Origin: Octopus sinensis | Lineage: Eukaryota | DNA length: 64,000 nucleotides | Reading direction: 5' to 3' | Assembly: GCF_006345805.1 (NCBI RefSeq) | Contig: NC_043006.1 | Location: 46,996,001-47,060,000, forward strand | In this document: one piece after another, positions 1 to 13,540 of the stretch | Numbering within the stretch: the first letter of the stretch is position 1 | Layout of the letters: each line of letters begins with the position of its first letter | Program-made: the position numbers and the translations under genes | Notes under the pieces: model-generated | Told to the model about the DNA's origin: nothing | Seen by the model: the letters and a program-made list of their open reading frames with translations, nothing else | Databases searched by the model: none

Positions 1-2907
1 TGTGGATCATTTAAATCAAATTTTCTCTAAGCCCTAAAAAGTTTGTTTCTCTGCCAAGTCAAAAGAAAACTACATTGTGCTCCATAATATAGCTGTAGCT
101 TAACATTATAATATAGTACTAACCGCAATAAAATGCAGCTATATATTGGAAGACCAGCACAGAGAAAGCCAATCCCCAGTAAAACGCATACACGAAATCA
201 ACTAAGTACATAACCACAAATACTATCATATGCACACATGCACACACACAAACACACGCACGCATACACAGACATAACACACACATATGACTTCCAATGA
301 TATAATTCAATAGCGAACATAATAAAAACACAACTAGAAAGTTTGAAGTAGAAGCTGAATGTTTGCCCTGGGCAGTGTGCCAATACATTTCTTTCCTGCA
401 TCTGAATTTGGCACATCTCAACGGAACCTGAAAGCCAAAACTAATTCTATGAATGAAATCTCCGACTCATTTTATAGTTGAAATATACGCCCTACTCGAA
501 AATCTAACCTAAAGTCATATTCTTTAGGTATGGCATCTACACGCCAGTGGACGTAACAACCAGCTATGTAGGTCAACAGCCGCATCGCTTTTATCGATCA
601 CTTGTATCGTATGGGTAACTTTAACATAAACAGAAGAATAATTGTTGAAGTACTGAGAAAAGCGAGTAAGCGACGTGTGTATCTGTATGTGTGATTGTAT
701 ATCTGTGTGTGCCTATGTGAGCGTGTAAGAGGGTGAGGGGGAAACGATCAATGTATTTATGTATTATTTCATTTAATAAATATCCTAATTACTTCTATTT
801 AATAGTTCCACAACACCCCTACGTCCTGTTTGATGCGAAACATGCCCTACACGAAAGTCAATCATGCGTTTAATTAATCGTTTCTTTATTATTTTAACAA
901 GGTCACTAGGTGAGGCAACTCTTCTACGACAGTTTACAAAAATCGAATTGAAATCGAAGGAAATAAATCAAACTTCGTGGTATACAAATTATAGATGAGG
1001 GATGTTAGAGGGGCATGGCTACCATCACGAGCCAGTATTCCTATTTATTTGTTTGCTTATTCTTCATGATTCCCCTATAAAAGAAAAGATAAATTGGCTG
1101 AAATAATTTACTGAAATTTTCAAATTAATTCATTTAAAACTGAATTTTCAAGCAGCGTATTTTCTCTAAGATGTTAGACACGTAAACAAAACTAGAAAAT
1201 GGCGTTAAATAGATTAATGTAAATAAAATATTGGACGAGGAAAGTGGATTTTGATATCATTGCAATAAATTAACTTACAGCCAGGCAGGTAAAGCTGTAC
1301 CATGCTAAATCATAGAAGGTTGCATTCATTCGTAAATAACACAAATCATTGTCAAAACAAATTTGCTATCTTTCGGTGAGAGTGATATTTAGAATCACTA
1401 TTTTCTTATCACGATAAAACTGTGGTGTTGCTTCAACCTGGCCATCACTACAATATGTTGACCTAAGCAACGAAAAATATTAAATAAACACGCTTTGCAC
1501 TATGTACAGATGGAATAAACAACAGTGATTCTTTTCCCTACATCGAGATTGCAGGCGCTACTTAATGATACTGCAGGCACTTCTGTTGATGACAAAGATT
1601 TTACAATGTTGTAAAGATACCTGTATATTCAGCTTTTTACAATGTTGGAAAGACTCCTGTATATTTCAGGGCCACAATCCTGCATACTTTGCCTCGTAGT
1701 CTGTACGCTTTGTGAGGAGTGTATTTGCTTTCGCCTGTAGCATTGTTCAATCTGTCATACAATAAAGATCTATTGGAATATGCCACATTTGGTAGATTGC
1801 TGTGACGTTAGGCAAAGAGTGTTTATCTCATATTTAACCACACAAACTTGAATTATTGAATGGTAAGCTATCAGCCTCAGTTACAATGTGTATTGTTGAT
1901 AAACCTATACAGAAAAAAAAAGGTATTTTCGAATGTTTATAAGTGATAACGAGAACCAATCCTTCATGATTGGTGATAAGAGATATATAACAGTGACCGG
2001 GAGGCGTTCATAGGGATTCCAGGAAAGCGTAAATTCTTCTTCCGTAGAGTTAGGTGAAGTGATGCATATAGCACTCCTTAGGAGTATTTCTCGCATTTGC
2101 CATGTAATAATGGCTACAGATTTGAACAAAGGAACTTTAAAATATTTGTCAAATAGATTTTCTCCACTGTCCTACTGCCTTCCTGAATGAAAAATAATAT
2201 GCGATCATATTATTTACAAATAACAAAAACCATTGCAGGTTTTGACTTGAAATAAAACGCTTTCGGCTAACCTCTGCCATAACACCAAACCCAAATAATA
2301 TTGATTAAACAAAACTTCGAGATATTTGGTCTGATAATAACCAACAGCCACGCACTGCTACTAAAACAACAAATACTACCAACTGACCTACGCCTAATAA
2401 AGCAGCACCTAAATCGGTAATTATTCACGCAATATAACCGCACTTAAACTCTCATAACGAGCATTTATAATTAACCTCAGATGAGTACTTCTCTGTTATG
2501 ATTTGTAAAACTATCGTCTCGTGAATAACCATTATGTGCAACTCCATGTCTTTTTTATGTTTCATTAAATCATTTGATTTCTTTTTCGTTTTCTTTATTT
2601 TATTCTGTATTGTTTTGATTTTCTCTTTCTTTTTTTTCTTCTTTGGTTTTTGCTTGTAAAGGCGTCCTGCAATTTATATGTAGTTATTTCTTAATCAATG
2701 AACTCTGGCGGAATTGACACGAAGTAATTTTTTTTTCCTTGATTTTTTTTTTTTTTTTGGCTTTGCTGACAACGCAGTCAATTGTTTAGCATTAGTAATG
2801 GTTGCCACAAGGTTAGAAATGCTTGTCGTCTTAGTATCTGTGCTGATAGTCAGTGTAGGTTCATGTCGTTTAATTACAAGCTATCAGAATTTAATTCCTT
2901 TGATGTT

Positions 2908-2910
<3 letters not shown>

Positions 2911-2940
<30 letters not shown>

Positions 2941-2989
2941 AAACAACAACAACAACAACAACAATAACAACAACAATAATAATAATAAC

Positions 2990-3027
<38 letters not shown>

Positions 3028-3044
3028 CGGCGATAATAATAAAT
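2911..3044. repeat. Compound (CAA)n/(AAT)n/(GAT)n microsatellite
   Basis: Direct reading; explains the poly-N/Q/D ORFs. Confidence 0.95.
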
Positions 3045-3521
3045 AAAAATGTCGTTTGAAATGCCGTTTAGAAATTATTTTATAACTAATTGTTACTATA
3101 AATTAATTTTGATTAATATTATGAGTAATATAATAATGTGTTGTTCTTGCTGCCATTGACACTGCTGCTGCTGTTGTTGTTGCTGTTATAATTATCATTA
3201 TTATAATAATCAGTGTTGTTATTATTCTTCTTCTTATTATTTATATTATTATTTATATCATTATCATATACACAATTTCTGCTGTCGTCGTCGTCTCGTC
3301 ATTCGTATCATTAACATTAACATCATTGTAACAATGTGGTTATCTAACTCAAGGTCACCCTGAAAGATCCAGCACATAACTGCAAACATTTCGGCTAACT
3401 TTTCAAAGCAAGTTTATTTAGTATAAGTATTAGCCAATATGCGTGACTAGGTTGCTATATTTATGAAGACAACAATCCACGTAAATTTTCGGTAATTTAA
3501 CTGATGAGGCTATAACTGTAC

Positions 3522-3577
<56 letters not shown>

Positions 3578-3636
3578 ACATATACATATGTATGTATGTA
3601 TTTATGGATGTATGTATTTATGTATGTATGTATATA

Positions 3637-3867
3637 GACGTAGGAGTGGCTGAGTGGTAACTAGCTTGCTTACCAACCACATGGTTCCGGGTTCAGTCCC
3701 ACAGCATGGCACCATCGGCAAGTGTCTTCTACTATAGCCTCGGGCCGAATAACCCTTGTGAGTAGATTTGGTAGACGGAACCCGAAAGAAGCCCGTCGTA
3801 TATATGTATATATATATATATACGACGGGCTTCTTTCGGGTTCCGTCTATATATATATATTATATAT

Positions 3868-3926
<59 letters not shown>

Positions 3927-4164
3927 GTGTGTGTATGTGTGTGCATGTTTGTGCCTGTGTTTGTCTCCCCAACATCGCTTGACGATAGATACTGGTGCGT
4001 TTATGTCCCCATAACTTAGCGTTTCGGCAAAAGTGACCGATAGAATAAGTACTAGGTTTACAAAGAATAAGACCTGGGGACGATTTTCTCGACTAAAGGT
4101 GGTGGTGCTCCAGCATGGCCACAGTCAAATGACTGAAAAAAGTAAAAGAGTAAAGAGTAAAGAG
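3637..4164 (+). mobile_element. tRNA-derived SINE, family A (my label), full length with internal (TA)n
   Basis: A-box-like TGGCTGAGTGG, B-box-like GGTTCAGTCCC, body GGCAAGTGTCTTCTACTATAGCCTCGGGCCG, tail (GAGTAAA)n; about 10 homologous copies in the window. Confidence 0.9.
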
Positions 4165-4770
4165 AAATATATATATATATATATATATATAAAGAAATCA
4201 ATGATTTAGATCAGAATTAGATTCTTAACCTTGTTATTTACATTTTCAAGTCTGAGATAAAATGAAAAGCACAATTATTTTGATATATTGCAATATGTTG
4301 ACGTATAATTGAGTTAAAAGTTAACAGCTACTATTCCCGAAAATTCGATAATATAAATCGTGGATGTCGCGGCAATAAAAAATAGTATTTCATTACCCAC
4401 TAAAATGATTGAATCATATTCTACATACAGCTACCGTCATTATATTTCTATAGTGCTGCACTGATGCAGTTTTGTGTTACCCATGAAAACTTGGGCGAAA
4501 TGAAGTGGTTCTTTGATATGAAATAGCGAAAGTGTTTTACTAAATTTTCTTCACGTTGATATCACACACAGTATAACTGCGTCTATTGAGTTAGAAATTT
4601 ACCGAGACTAGGCTTCGAGACAATGAAACTTTTGGAAACCATCAAATTAAGGCGTACCACAGAGTCCTGTTATGCTCGCGCACTTGCCCGTTTTTAGATT
4701 GTTAACGACCATGATTCTCTTGTTGAAATGGACACAGACCCATATCAACACAACGCTAAACTCTGCTCAC

Positions 4771-5335
4771 CTGAAGTCTCAAGTTGACTCCAAGTCTCAC
4801 TCAGAGACATCAAAAGAAACAAATTAGAAGTTGAAGTTGGCATTATGTCTAGGGTGTCATATATTTGTATATATTTTGCACATAGTATTGTGCTAGAGAA
4901 TATTTAAGAAAATTAAAACTTTTAGTCATCTATTTTCTCTGCCTGTCTTATGTTCATCATCACTATGAAATTGTCCATGCATTCTTTTCTTTACCCACCT
5001 ATTTTTAGTTTCATTCGTTTTCAATTGCTTGTACAGTGCTTTACCTTTGCAATCTTTCATCCTACCCAAGCCTGACCTTCTTCTAACAATAATGGTTCTG
5101 TGGCAATTTTTACATACCATGCTATGTTGCTTTCTTCGGCAGTAATGCTGTGTTTGCAACCAATCAGTCCGCTTCCCCCTGATTTGGTACGTACAGTCTG
5201 TCTGTGTCACTTTTTGGGCGGAGTGTCCCATATCTAGTTAGCAACTTCCTTGTCTTTCTATCTAAGCTGTCTAGTTCGTCTACTCTCCATGCGATTACCC
5301 CTGCTTCATATCTAAGGCGAAACCGCCCAGGTGTT
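4771..5335 (-). mobile_element. R4/Dong-type LINE relic (post-RT region plus 3' UTR, endonuclease deleted)
   Basis: Minus-strand peptides GVIAWRVDELDSLDRKTRKLLT..PKSDTDRLYVP and MHGQF match the equivalent region of the 16.8-19.6 kb element; 4781-4825 is the reverse complement of the 3' end stubs at 16460/16632. Confidence 0.85.
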
Positions 5336-5437
5336 GATAGCTTCAATCATATTCCGTTCGTTTCATTTCGACTTAAGGATCAGTCTCAGTCTGCGCAAGT
5401 TCTCCACCTTATTATTATTATTATTATTATGAAACTT

Positions 5438-5848
5438 GCGAGCTGGTAGAATCGTTACTGCGCCTGGAAAAATGCTTATCAGCATATTATCTGTCTGTAC
5501 GTTCTGTGATCAAATTCCTGCCGAGGTCGACTTTGCCTTTTGTCCTTTAGAGTTCGATGAAGTATATACCAGTGAAACACTGAAATCGAGGTTATCGACT
5601 GATTCCCTCCCCTTAAATTTCAGGCCTTCTGCTTTTAGTAGAAAGAATTATTCTTAACGTCAATAAGGAGGTGACTTGACACATCGGTTAGCATGCCGGG
5701 AAATATATTTAGCGGGATTTCGTCCGTTTTTACATTCTGAGTTCAAAAGCCGCCACGTCGACTAAGCCTTTCATCCTTTCGGGATCAATAAATTAAAATG
5801 GATCAATTGAGTGATGGGGGTCAATGTAATCGACTTAACCTCTCCCCC
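5438..5848 (+). mobile_element. Two adjacent family B SINE copies (5438-5600, 5667-5848)
   Basis: Shared core TTCTGAGTTCAAA..GTCGACTTTGCCTTTCATCCTTT..GGGTCAATGTAATCGACTT, repeated many times in the window. Confidence 0.8.
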
Positions 5849-6108
5849 AGAATTTAAGTAAAAAGGATTATTATTAATATTGTTGTTGTATTTGTTGTTG
5901 ATACAACGTTGAGCTGACAGAGCCATTAACACGAAAAAGAATATACTTAGTGGCATTATGATCGTCTTTGCGCTATGAGCTAAAATTTCGGTGAGTTTGA
6001 CTAGAGATTTCGTCTTTTTATGGCAGATAAAAATACTACCAGTCAAGTACTGGCGTCAGTTTCCCTATCTCTCTCTCTCCCTCCTCTTACTCCCTCTCTC
6101 TATATATA

Positions 6109-6498
6109 GATGTAGGAGCGGCTGTATGGTACGTAGCTTGTTCACTAACCACAGTGCTCCGGGTTCAGTCCCACTGGGTGGCACCTTGGGCGTCTTCTAC
6201 TATAGCCTCGTGCTGACCAAAGTCCTATAAGTGGATTTGGTAGACGGAAACTGAAAGAAGCCCGTCATATGTATGTATATAAATATGTATGCGTATGTAT
6301 ATGCTTGTGTGTCTGTGTTTGTCCCCCAACATCGCTTGACAACCGATGCTGCTGTGTTTATGTCCCCATAACATAGCGGTTCGGCAAAAGAGACCGGTAG
6401 GCTTACAAAGAATAAGTCCGGGGGTCATTTTGCTCGACTAAGGCAGTGCTCCAGCATGGCCGCAGTCAAATGAATGAAACAAGTAAAAGAATAAAACT
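6109..6498 (+). mobile_element. Family A SINE, full length
   Basis: Colinear with 3637-4164. Confidence 0.9.
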
Positions 6499-6534
6499 AT
6501 TTGTATGTATATATCTATATATACATACATATAA

Positions 6535-6567
<33 letters not shown>

Positions 6568-6569
6568 TT

Positions 6570-6600
<31 letters not shown>

Positions 6601-6602
<2 letters not shown>

Positions 6603-7340
6603 CGTAAGGGGGATCAGCCATCTGAATGTGGCTAGGGACAGGGCGGGGTGGTGGGGGTGTTACTGATGCTTTTAGCCCCAGGCGATCATCAATGTTACCA
6701 GAAGGACTGACACCATATCAGTGTCCTTGTTTGCCTGTAAAGGGAGGTCATCCTCCCTCGAAGATACGGATACTACATACGGACCGGTTTCGAGGTCATT
6801 GCCTCTTATCAACGTATGGTAAGTACCGCTCTTCGATGAAGGATTCCCTCCACAAGCAACATATATAAGGTTTTTCACAGTAACTACTGTCACTGATGTA
6901 GCAACACTGTCTGAAAACAATAATAAATCTCTGAACGAGATATAAACAGTAACTGCTCGACAACGTAAGGGGGATCAGCCATCTGAATGTGGCTAGGGAC
7001 AGGGCGGAGTGGTGGGGGTGTTACTGATGCTTTTAGCCCCAGGCGATCATCAACGTCACCAGAAGGACTGACACCATATCAGTGTCCTTGTTTAATGACC
7101 TCGAAACGGTCCGTATGTAGTATCCGTATCTTCGAGGGAGGATGACCTCCGTTTACAGGCAAACAAGGACACTGATATGGTGTCAGTCCTTCTGGTGACG
7201 TTGATGATCGCCTGGGGCTAAAAGCATCAGTAACACCCCCACCATCCCGCCCTGTCCCTAGCCACATTCAGATGGCTGATTCCCCTTACGTTGTCGAGCA
7301 GTTACTGTTTATATCTCGTTCAGAGATTTATTATTGTTTT
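6601..7340. mobile_element. Hammerhead-bearing 361 bp repeat unit (Penelope pLTR / retrozyme-like): 1.36 direct units plus an inverted partial copy, flanked by (TA)n
   Basis: 6601-6732 is repeated at 6962-7093 (period 361); 7094-7340 is a reverse-complement copy; (TA)n on both sides. Confidence 0.85.
6776..6818 (-). ncRNA. Minimal type I hammerhead ribozyme, U3-A8 core variant
   Basis: Minus strand CAUACG UUGAUAA GAGG caauga CCUC GAAAC CG GUC/ CGUAUG: 6 bp stem I, 4 bp stem II, palindromic stem III (ACCGGU), GUC site. Confidence 0.85.
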
Positions 7341-9626
7341 ATATATATATATATAATCACTAATGATATCTGATAGTCTTATCAAATAACAACTGTTGAA
7401 CGCCCACAAGTGTGTTTTCTCACAAAAATTCTGAATCACGAACTCTATTCTCTATCCAAATCACTTTTCTTTCTCACATTGTCGCTACCACTTCCTCTGC
7501 TTCGATCTCCCCCTCCTCTTCCTTATCATCACCAGCATTCCTTATAATGAATATCAGTATATTGGTTAAGGTCATCATCATCATTATGTGTCATCGACAT
7601 CAACATATTCAATATACCTCCTTTCTCCTTTCTTCCCTACTTCTTATACTCCCTCCTCTTTTTCTTTTTCTCACTATAATTCATTCTTTCTTTCATTTTG
7701 TAACTCCTTTTCCTCTCTCTCTCTATCTTTCTCTCGCTCGCTTTCTCTGAATTTTCACTTTCTCTCATTCCCCTTCCATGTATATCTATGTCTCTGCATC
7801 TGTCTCTCTTACAAAAAAAAAACCCCAACATATTGCTCTATATATTTTCATTGTTTCTGTAATTAAATTTCTATGTATACTTTATTCCAATTTATTTATA
7901 GTTTTTAATCTTCCATTAATAGTGATCAAAACGTAATTACTATTGATGGTATTTTAATGCTGTATCACTGATGTTATGATACTAATTTCTATATAAGAAG
8001 GTTACGAGGCTAAATGCAATTCACCCTGTAATCAAATGTCTGCGTCTATACAAAGTTTATAGTTTACAACGTAATATTCATTGTTTGCCTCTCATGTTGA
8101 TGACCTTATTGAAGAGATAATGAAAAATTAGAGATTAAAGAAATAATGGTGATAACAATGATGGGTCCCTTAATGTAACAATAGATCGGAATACATGGTA
8201 GAAAGCTACATGTCAATAAAGAGCATGCACTCTGAGTTTTGGGCTCGGTCTGCTACTAGAAGTCTTCCCTTATTGTAATGATGTGGAATCATTTTGCTAT
8301 CAATTTTTGGCAAAAGACCAGAAATTTTGGTGGAGTCAATTACATCGAATCTACAATCAACTGGTATCTATTCTATCGATCCAGAAGGGATGAAAAACAG
8401 ACATCCTTGTCGAAATTGGAACTCTGAACGTAAAGACGAACAAAATATCGCGAATAATTTTTCCCGTTGCATCTCGACGCATTTTGACGTAAAATTGTAC
8501 TGGCTGGTGTAATTTTAGGTGTCCTCTATCTGAGCAAGCGTTGGGATGTGCACTCTTAAAGATCTTTTGTTCTTTTGTTCTGTGGTTATCTTGTTCGATA
8601 TTTTCCTTGGAATTGACAACAGCATCATCAAAGGTAATTGATGAAGTCTGTACGTATATCTTAAACATATTTTAATATGAAACCCCTTTATAAGTTGAAA
8701 AGAAGTGAACATGCACAATCTGATGTCATCTGGTATCATTCTCATCATCGAGAATTCAAATATGCAGATTGTATCAACACTAATGTTTGAGCGGTTGCTC
8801 AAATCAAACGATTTTAAAGCTTGTCCACCTCATTAGGAAAGTTAAATAGGAGAAGGAATCATCTCCGTAGTGAGTTATTCTCCAACTTAGGGCGACAAAA
8901 TTATAAAACTGGACGACATCTCACCCCAACCTTATAAGTGGTTGACGCTTATAAGAAGGTATTATTTTACAGTTGTCGCTATAAAGTATAATCAATTCGC
9001 TTATATTCTGCAATGATTTAGACAAAGTGTATCCTTATCTAATAAGTCGTTCATTTACTGAAGACAGTAGGATGTGATGTGAGCGAAACGTGTCTGCTGT
9101 GCTGTGATAGTTAAGCTACTCTTGCGGATATAGAATAAATGTCAAAATGTACTTCAGTAGAATTAAGATTACGAAACCTATGTTACAGGGTCATGTCTAG
9201 TATGCCATAACAACACAGTAAATTGTAGTCAAAACGAGAATAGAAACAAAGATTTTGTCATTTAATTCTTTTTCGGGAATGTTAGAGAGCAAAATGAAAA
9301 AAGCTTAGCATTGCAGCTTTTATCGTAACTTAGCAATGAACTAGAGAAACTCTAGTTTCCTATAATGACTAGCTGCCGGAGTCTCTGCATAAAACCTCCT
9401 TCACATACTCGCTTGTTAAAAGAAAGGAAACAAATTAATTTATAGAAGCATGTGTGTACTTCGACTGAAACTTGCATATCTATAGTACGTTCTAACCACT
9501 TCGATTACCGAGAGAGAGAGAGAGAGAGAGGTCAGGAGAGAGAGGCCGAGAGAGACAGAAAGGCTGAGAGAGAGACCGAGAGAGAGACAGAAAGGCTGAG
9601 AGAGAGACTGAGAGAGAGACAGAAAG

Positions 9627-9664
<38 letters not shown>

Positions 9665-10219
9665 GGAGAGCGATAAGCTGAGTGAGAAGCCGAAAGATAG
9701 GTCAAGAAGGAGAGAGAGAAGTAGAGAGAATTGTTTGTGTTATGAGATTATGAATCAATGTGTGTACGGCTCTGCAAAATATTTACACTGAATGCTAGAT
9801 TTTTTTTAATTGATACAGTGATAAACAAAAAGAGTAGATTTTGATTTTTTAAATTCTATTTTGTTTCATAAATTTATAGCAGTTTATAACATTGTTTATT
9901 GTTAAAGATATCCATTATGCTTTTTATTTTGTGTTCTCGTTCGGTTTAAAAACAATGTAACTATCGAATTTGTTTTGGATTACTTTGGTCTCATTTCATT
10001 AAATTAGTTTCAAGAATAACATTAAAACACCTGTATGAAAGTACCGAAGAACCAAGGAACAAACACAAATAAAACAAAGGTGCGGCGTACAAAGTCTGGA
10101 GAAAATATATAATGTCTGGCGAAATCTGTATTGCAACTATGGAGAGAAGTCTTCTTAGTGTTTGAAATAAATCACTCGCCAAGTGTAAACATTACATATT
10201 CATAACGATGGCTAAAATA

Positions 10220-10537
10220 GGAGCACTCCGTCGGTTACGACGACGAGGGTCCCGGCTGATACGATCAACGGAACAACCTGCTCGTGAAATTAACGTGCAA
10301 GTGACTGAGTAATCCACAGACACGCGTCCCCCTAACGTGGTTCTCAGGGAGATTCAGCGTGACACAGAGTGTGACAAGGCCGGCCCTTTGAAATACAGGT
10401 AATACTCATTTATGCCAGCTGAGTGGACTGGAGCGACGTGAAATAAAGTGTCTTGTTCAAGGACACAACGCGTCGCCGGGAATTGAACTCACGACATTAC
10501 GATCGTGAGCCGAATGCCCTAACCACTAAGCCACGGC
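10220..10537 (-). mobile_element. tRNA-derived SINE, family C (my label)
   Basis: Minus-strand head TGGCTTAGTGG..GAGTTCAATTCC; body shared with 38803-39310. Confidence 0.85.
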
Positions 10538-11154
10538 TAAAATACACCTGGATTTAATATCGTAATGTTTACAATTTACATTTAATAATCTGGATAAACA
10601 TTATCCATGAAATTACGGACAATTTCCCATTCCTCCCTTTCCTCTTCCTCCTCCTCACCGTTGTCCTCCTCCTCCCCTTCCTTAATAACATCGAATTTCT
10701 GTTTGCTTCCATCTATTATATTTCCGTATGCAACGTTTAATGAAATCTGTAACCTACTTCTTGAATGAACGAAGGATATACACTATCCTTTCTTTCTTTA
10801 ACAGCGATATTCAATGGCTACAAAATATACGTACGTGACTAGTATAATGAGGTGTATACAACCCACATAATATTGGTTGAATAACAAAGTTTAAAAATTT
10901 TTAATATAATATTTAAAAAAAGTAATTTTTTTCAAGTCAATATAAACAATAAATCATTTTGAAATTTTATTTCCTTCTATTTTCTAAAAGTCTAATATTA
11001 AGAGAAAAAAATGTATTTATAAAAACACACACTGACATACGTACATATATTCATAGACGGATAAAAACAAATTGTGGTCGACAGAAAAACCACCAGTGAT
11101 TATATTTGTTTTCATATAGAAAACTTTATTACGTAAATATATAAGATTATTTTC

Positions 11155-11360
11155 CTCTTTTACTTGTTTCAGTAATTTGACTGTGACCATGCTGGAGCAC
11201 CGCCTTTAGTCGAGCAAATCGACCCCAGGACTTATTCTTTGTAAGCCTAGTACTTGTTCTATCGGTCTCTTTTGCCGAACCGCTACGTTACGGGGACGTA
11301 AACACACCAGCATCGTTTGTGAAGCGATGGTGGGGGGGACAAACATAAACACATAACCAT

Positions 11361-11405
<45 letters not shown>

Positions 11406-11514
11406 CATATATGTATACCCATACATACGACGGGCTACTTTCAGTTTCCGTCTACCAAATCCACTCAAAAGGCTTTGGTCGGCCCGAGGCTATAGTAGAA
11501 GACACTTGCCCAAG
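11155..11514 (-). mobile_element. Family A SINE lacking its tRNA head
   Basis: Reverse complement of family A body and tail. Confidence 0.85.
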
Positions 11515-11515
11515 T

Positions 11516-12037
11516 TGACACTGGGGTAAAGTATACGAAGCCCAGTATATCCATCATGATTACCCGTCTGATAAGGGTACACCAGGCACATGCATCTCAA
11601 CCATATGTGCACGACATGGCGATCTCATACCAACATTAACAGCGCATGACCTTGCAGGTGGGGTCCAGTTAGAATTTTCTTCAGGTCGAGTAACCCATCC
11701 CGTTCAAAGGTTCCTGAAGAAGGGCTGTTTAAGGATGTTGAACGAGCTACCCATGTTTCCAAAGCTGAATTATCCAAACCTCAAAGTATTCCTTTCAACA
11801 CACGGCTATGACGCTCCCACACTACTCCTGCTCATGATGAGAGATGCATTTATCGTCAGCCACTAAGGGACAAACTCAACTGGTTAAGGTCTAACAACTG
11901 ACAAGCAAATCTGTGGCATTGAGCCGAATATTTGCTGTAGGCCGTATTTTCTAGCAAGACAACACAATGTACATGGCAACACTTCCAATCAGTTAAGATG
12001 AGAAGACATGAGAACTACTACCTGATACTGCACAGAG

Positions 12038-12077
<40 letters not shown>

Positions 12078-12410
12078 GAGTGAGAGAGCAGTGCATACCA
12101 TCAAAGTTACACTGGGGTAAAATATACGAAGCCCAGTATACCCATCATGACTACCCGTCTGATAAGGGTACGCAGGCACATACATCACAACCATATGTGC
12201 GCGACATGGTGATCTCATATCAAAATAAACAGCACATGACCTTGCAGGTGGGGGCCCAGTTAGAATTTTCTTCTGGTCGAGTAACCCATCCCGGTCAAAA
12301 GGTCCCTGAATAAGGGTTGTTTAAGGATATCGAACGAAACACCCATGTTTTCAGAGGTGAATTATTCAAACCCCAAAGAATCCTTCTCAACACATGGCTA
12401 TGATGCTCCC

Positions 12411-12411
<1 letters not shown>
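11516..12411 (-). mobile_element. Two tandem copies of a non-coding element bounded by (AAT)n (11516-12040, 12078-12411)
   Basis: 11516-11820 is homologous to 12108-12411; (ATT)n tracts at 12040-12077 and 12412-12480. Confidence 0.75.
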
Positions 12412-12481
<70 letters not shown>

Positions 12482-13361
12482 GTATTATTTAATATACATG
12501 CAATAGATTACACTGTTTAAAAAATTCCTTACAAGGTGTTGGTGTTGGTGGAAATGATGGCAAAATCACTGTTATATCTAAACATTTCTTTCTATTTTGA
12601 TATCTTTCTAGACGTTTGAATGTCGCTTGAATTCTGTTTTTACTGTCTTTATGTTATAGTCATATCTTTTGACTTCGTTTAAGATACTTCGCAGCAGCTA
12701 TGTTACATTTCTTTGCTCTTGATGTACAATTAATTATTCTACGTCTTTCCTTTTCCACAATCATAGAAATCACATTATCATCAGTTTCATTATATAATAC
12801 ACAAGATATCTTCATACATTTTCAGTATGTGTGTATATGCCATAGTTTTATTTTTTCATTTCTTTAGAATTATTTCACTATACATCAAAAGAAATATGGC
12901 TATGTACTAATATCTTGGTTCATATTTTCAATCCTATAGCTTAAATTTAAAAACTATTTTTCAACTTCTGTAGCATTGCTTTTCAACAGCATTAGTATTA
13001 TCAACCATTTTATTACAATCGTCTAGCCTTATGTAACCAGCTGAACTATGATTCCATTACCTGCTAAAAATATTCCAATCCTGTCGTTTACTCCTTCGTT
13101 CATATTTACTAAGTGTTCAGAAATAATCATTAAAACACCACTTTTTAAATTTTGTGTTATATCAAAACAGACCCCACAAATTCATAGAGGGGACGTTTTG
13201 AAAATTCAGTTTTATATTTCTGTGACTAGAACTTATTCACATTGCACATAAAGAGAATTTAATTCATTTCATGCAATGCTATTTATAATTTTAGCATTAT
13301 AAGCATATCTCCTAGGGTGTTTTTCTCTTACAATGGATCATGTATGTCAGTATGTCTGTGT

Positions 13362-13403
<42 letters not shown>

Positions 13404-13420
13404 GTGCGTATGTATGTATG

Positions 13421-13492
<72 letters not shown>

Positions 13493-13540
13493 ATCCATAT
13501 ATATACATACATACTCATACGTTTATACATATATATATAT

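Noticed and set aside
119-427. Possible minus-strand exon after TTTCAG (VPLRCAKFRCRKEMYWHT..FLVVFLLCSLLNYII)
   Set aside because: No recognisable domain or clear donor; the ORF runs into (CA)n-derived sequence. It needs RNA-seq.
3498-3525. CTGATGAG hammerhead-like core
   Set aside because: Followed by GAAT then (TA)n; no GAAA, stem III or stem I partner.
8515-8830. 95-105 aa minus-strand ORF with a weak acceptor
   Set aside because: No recognisable homology; this length is expected by chance.
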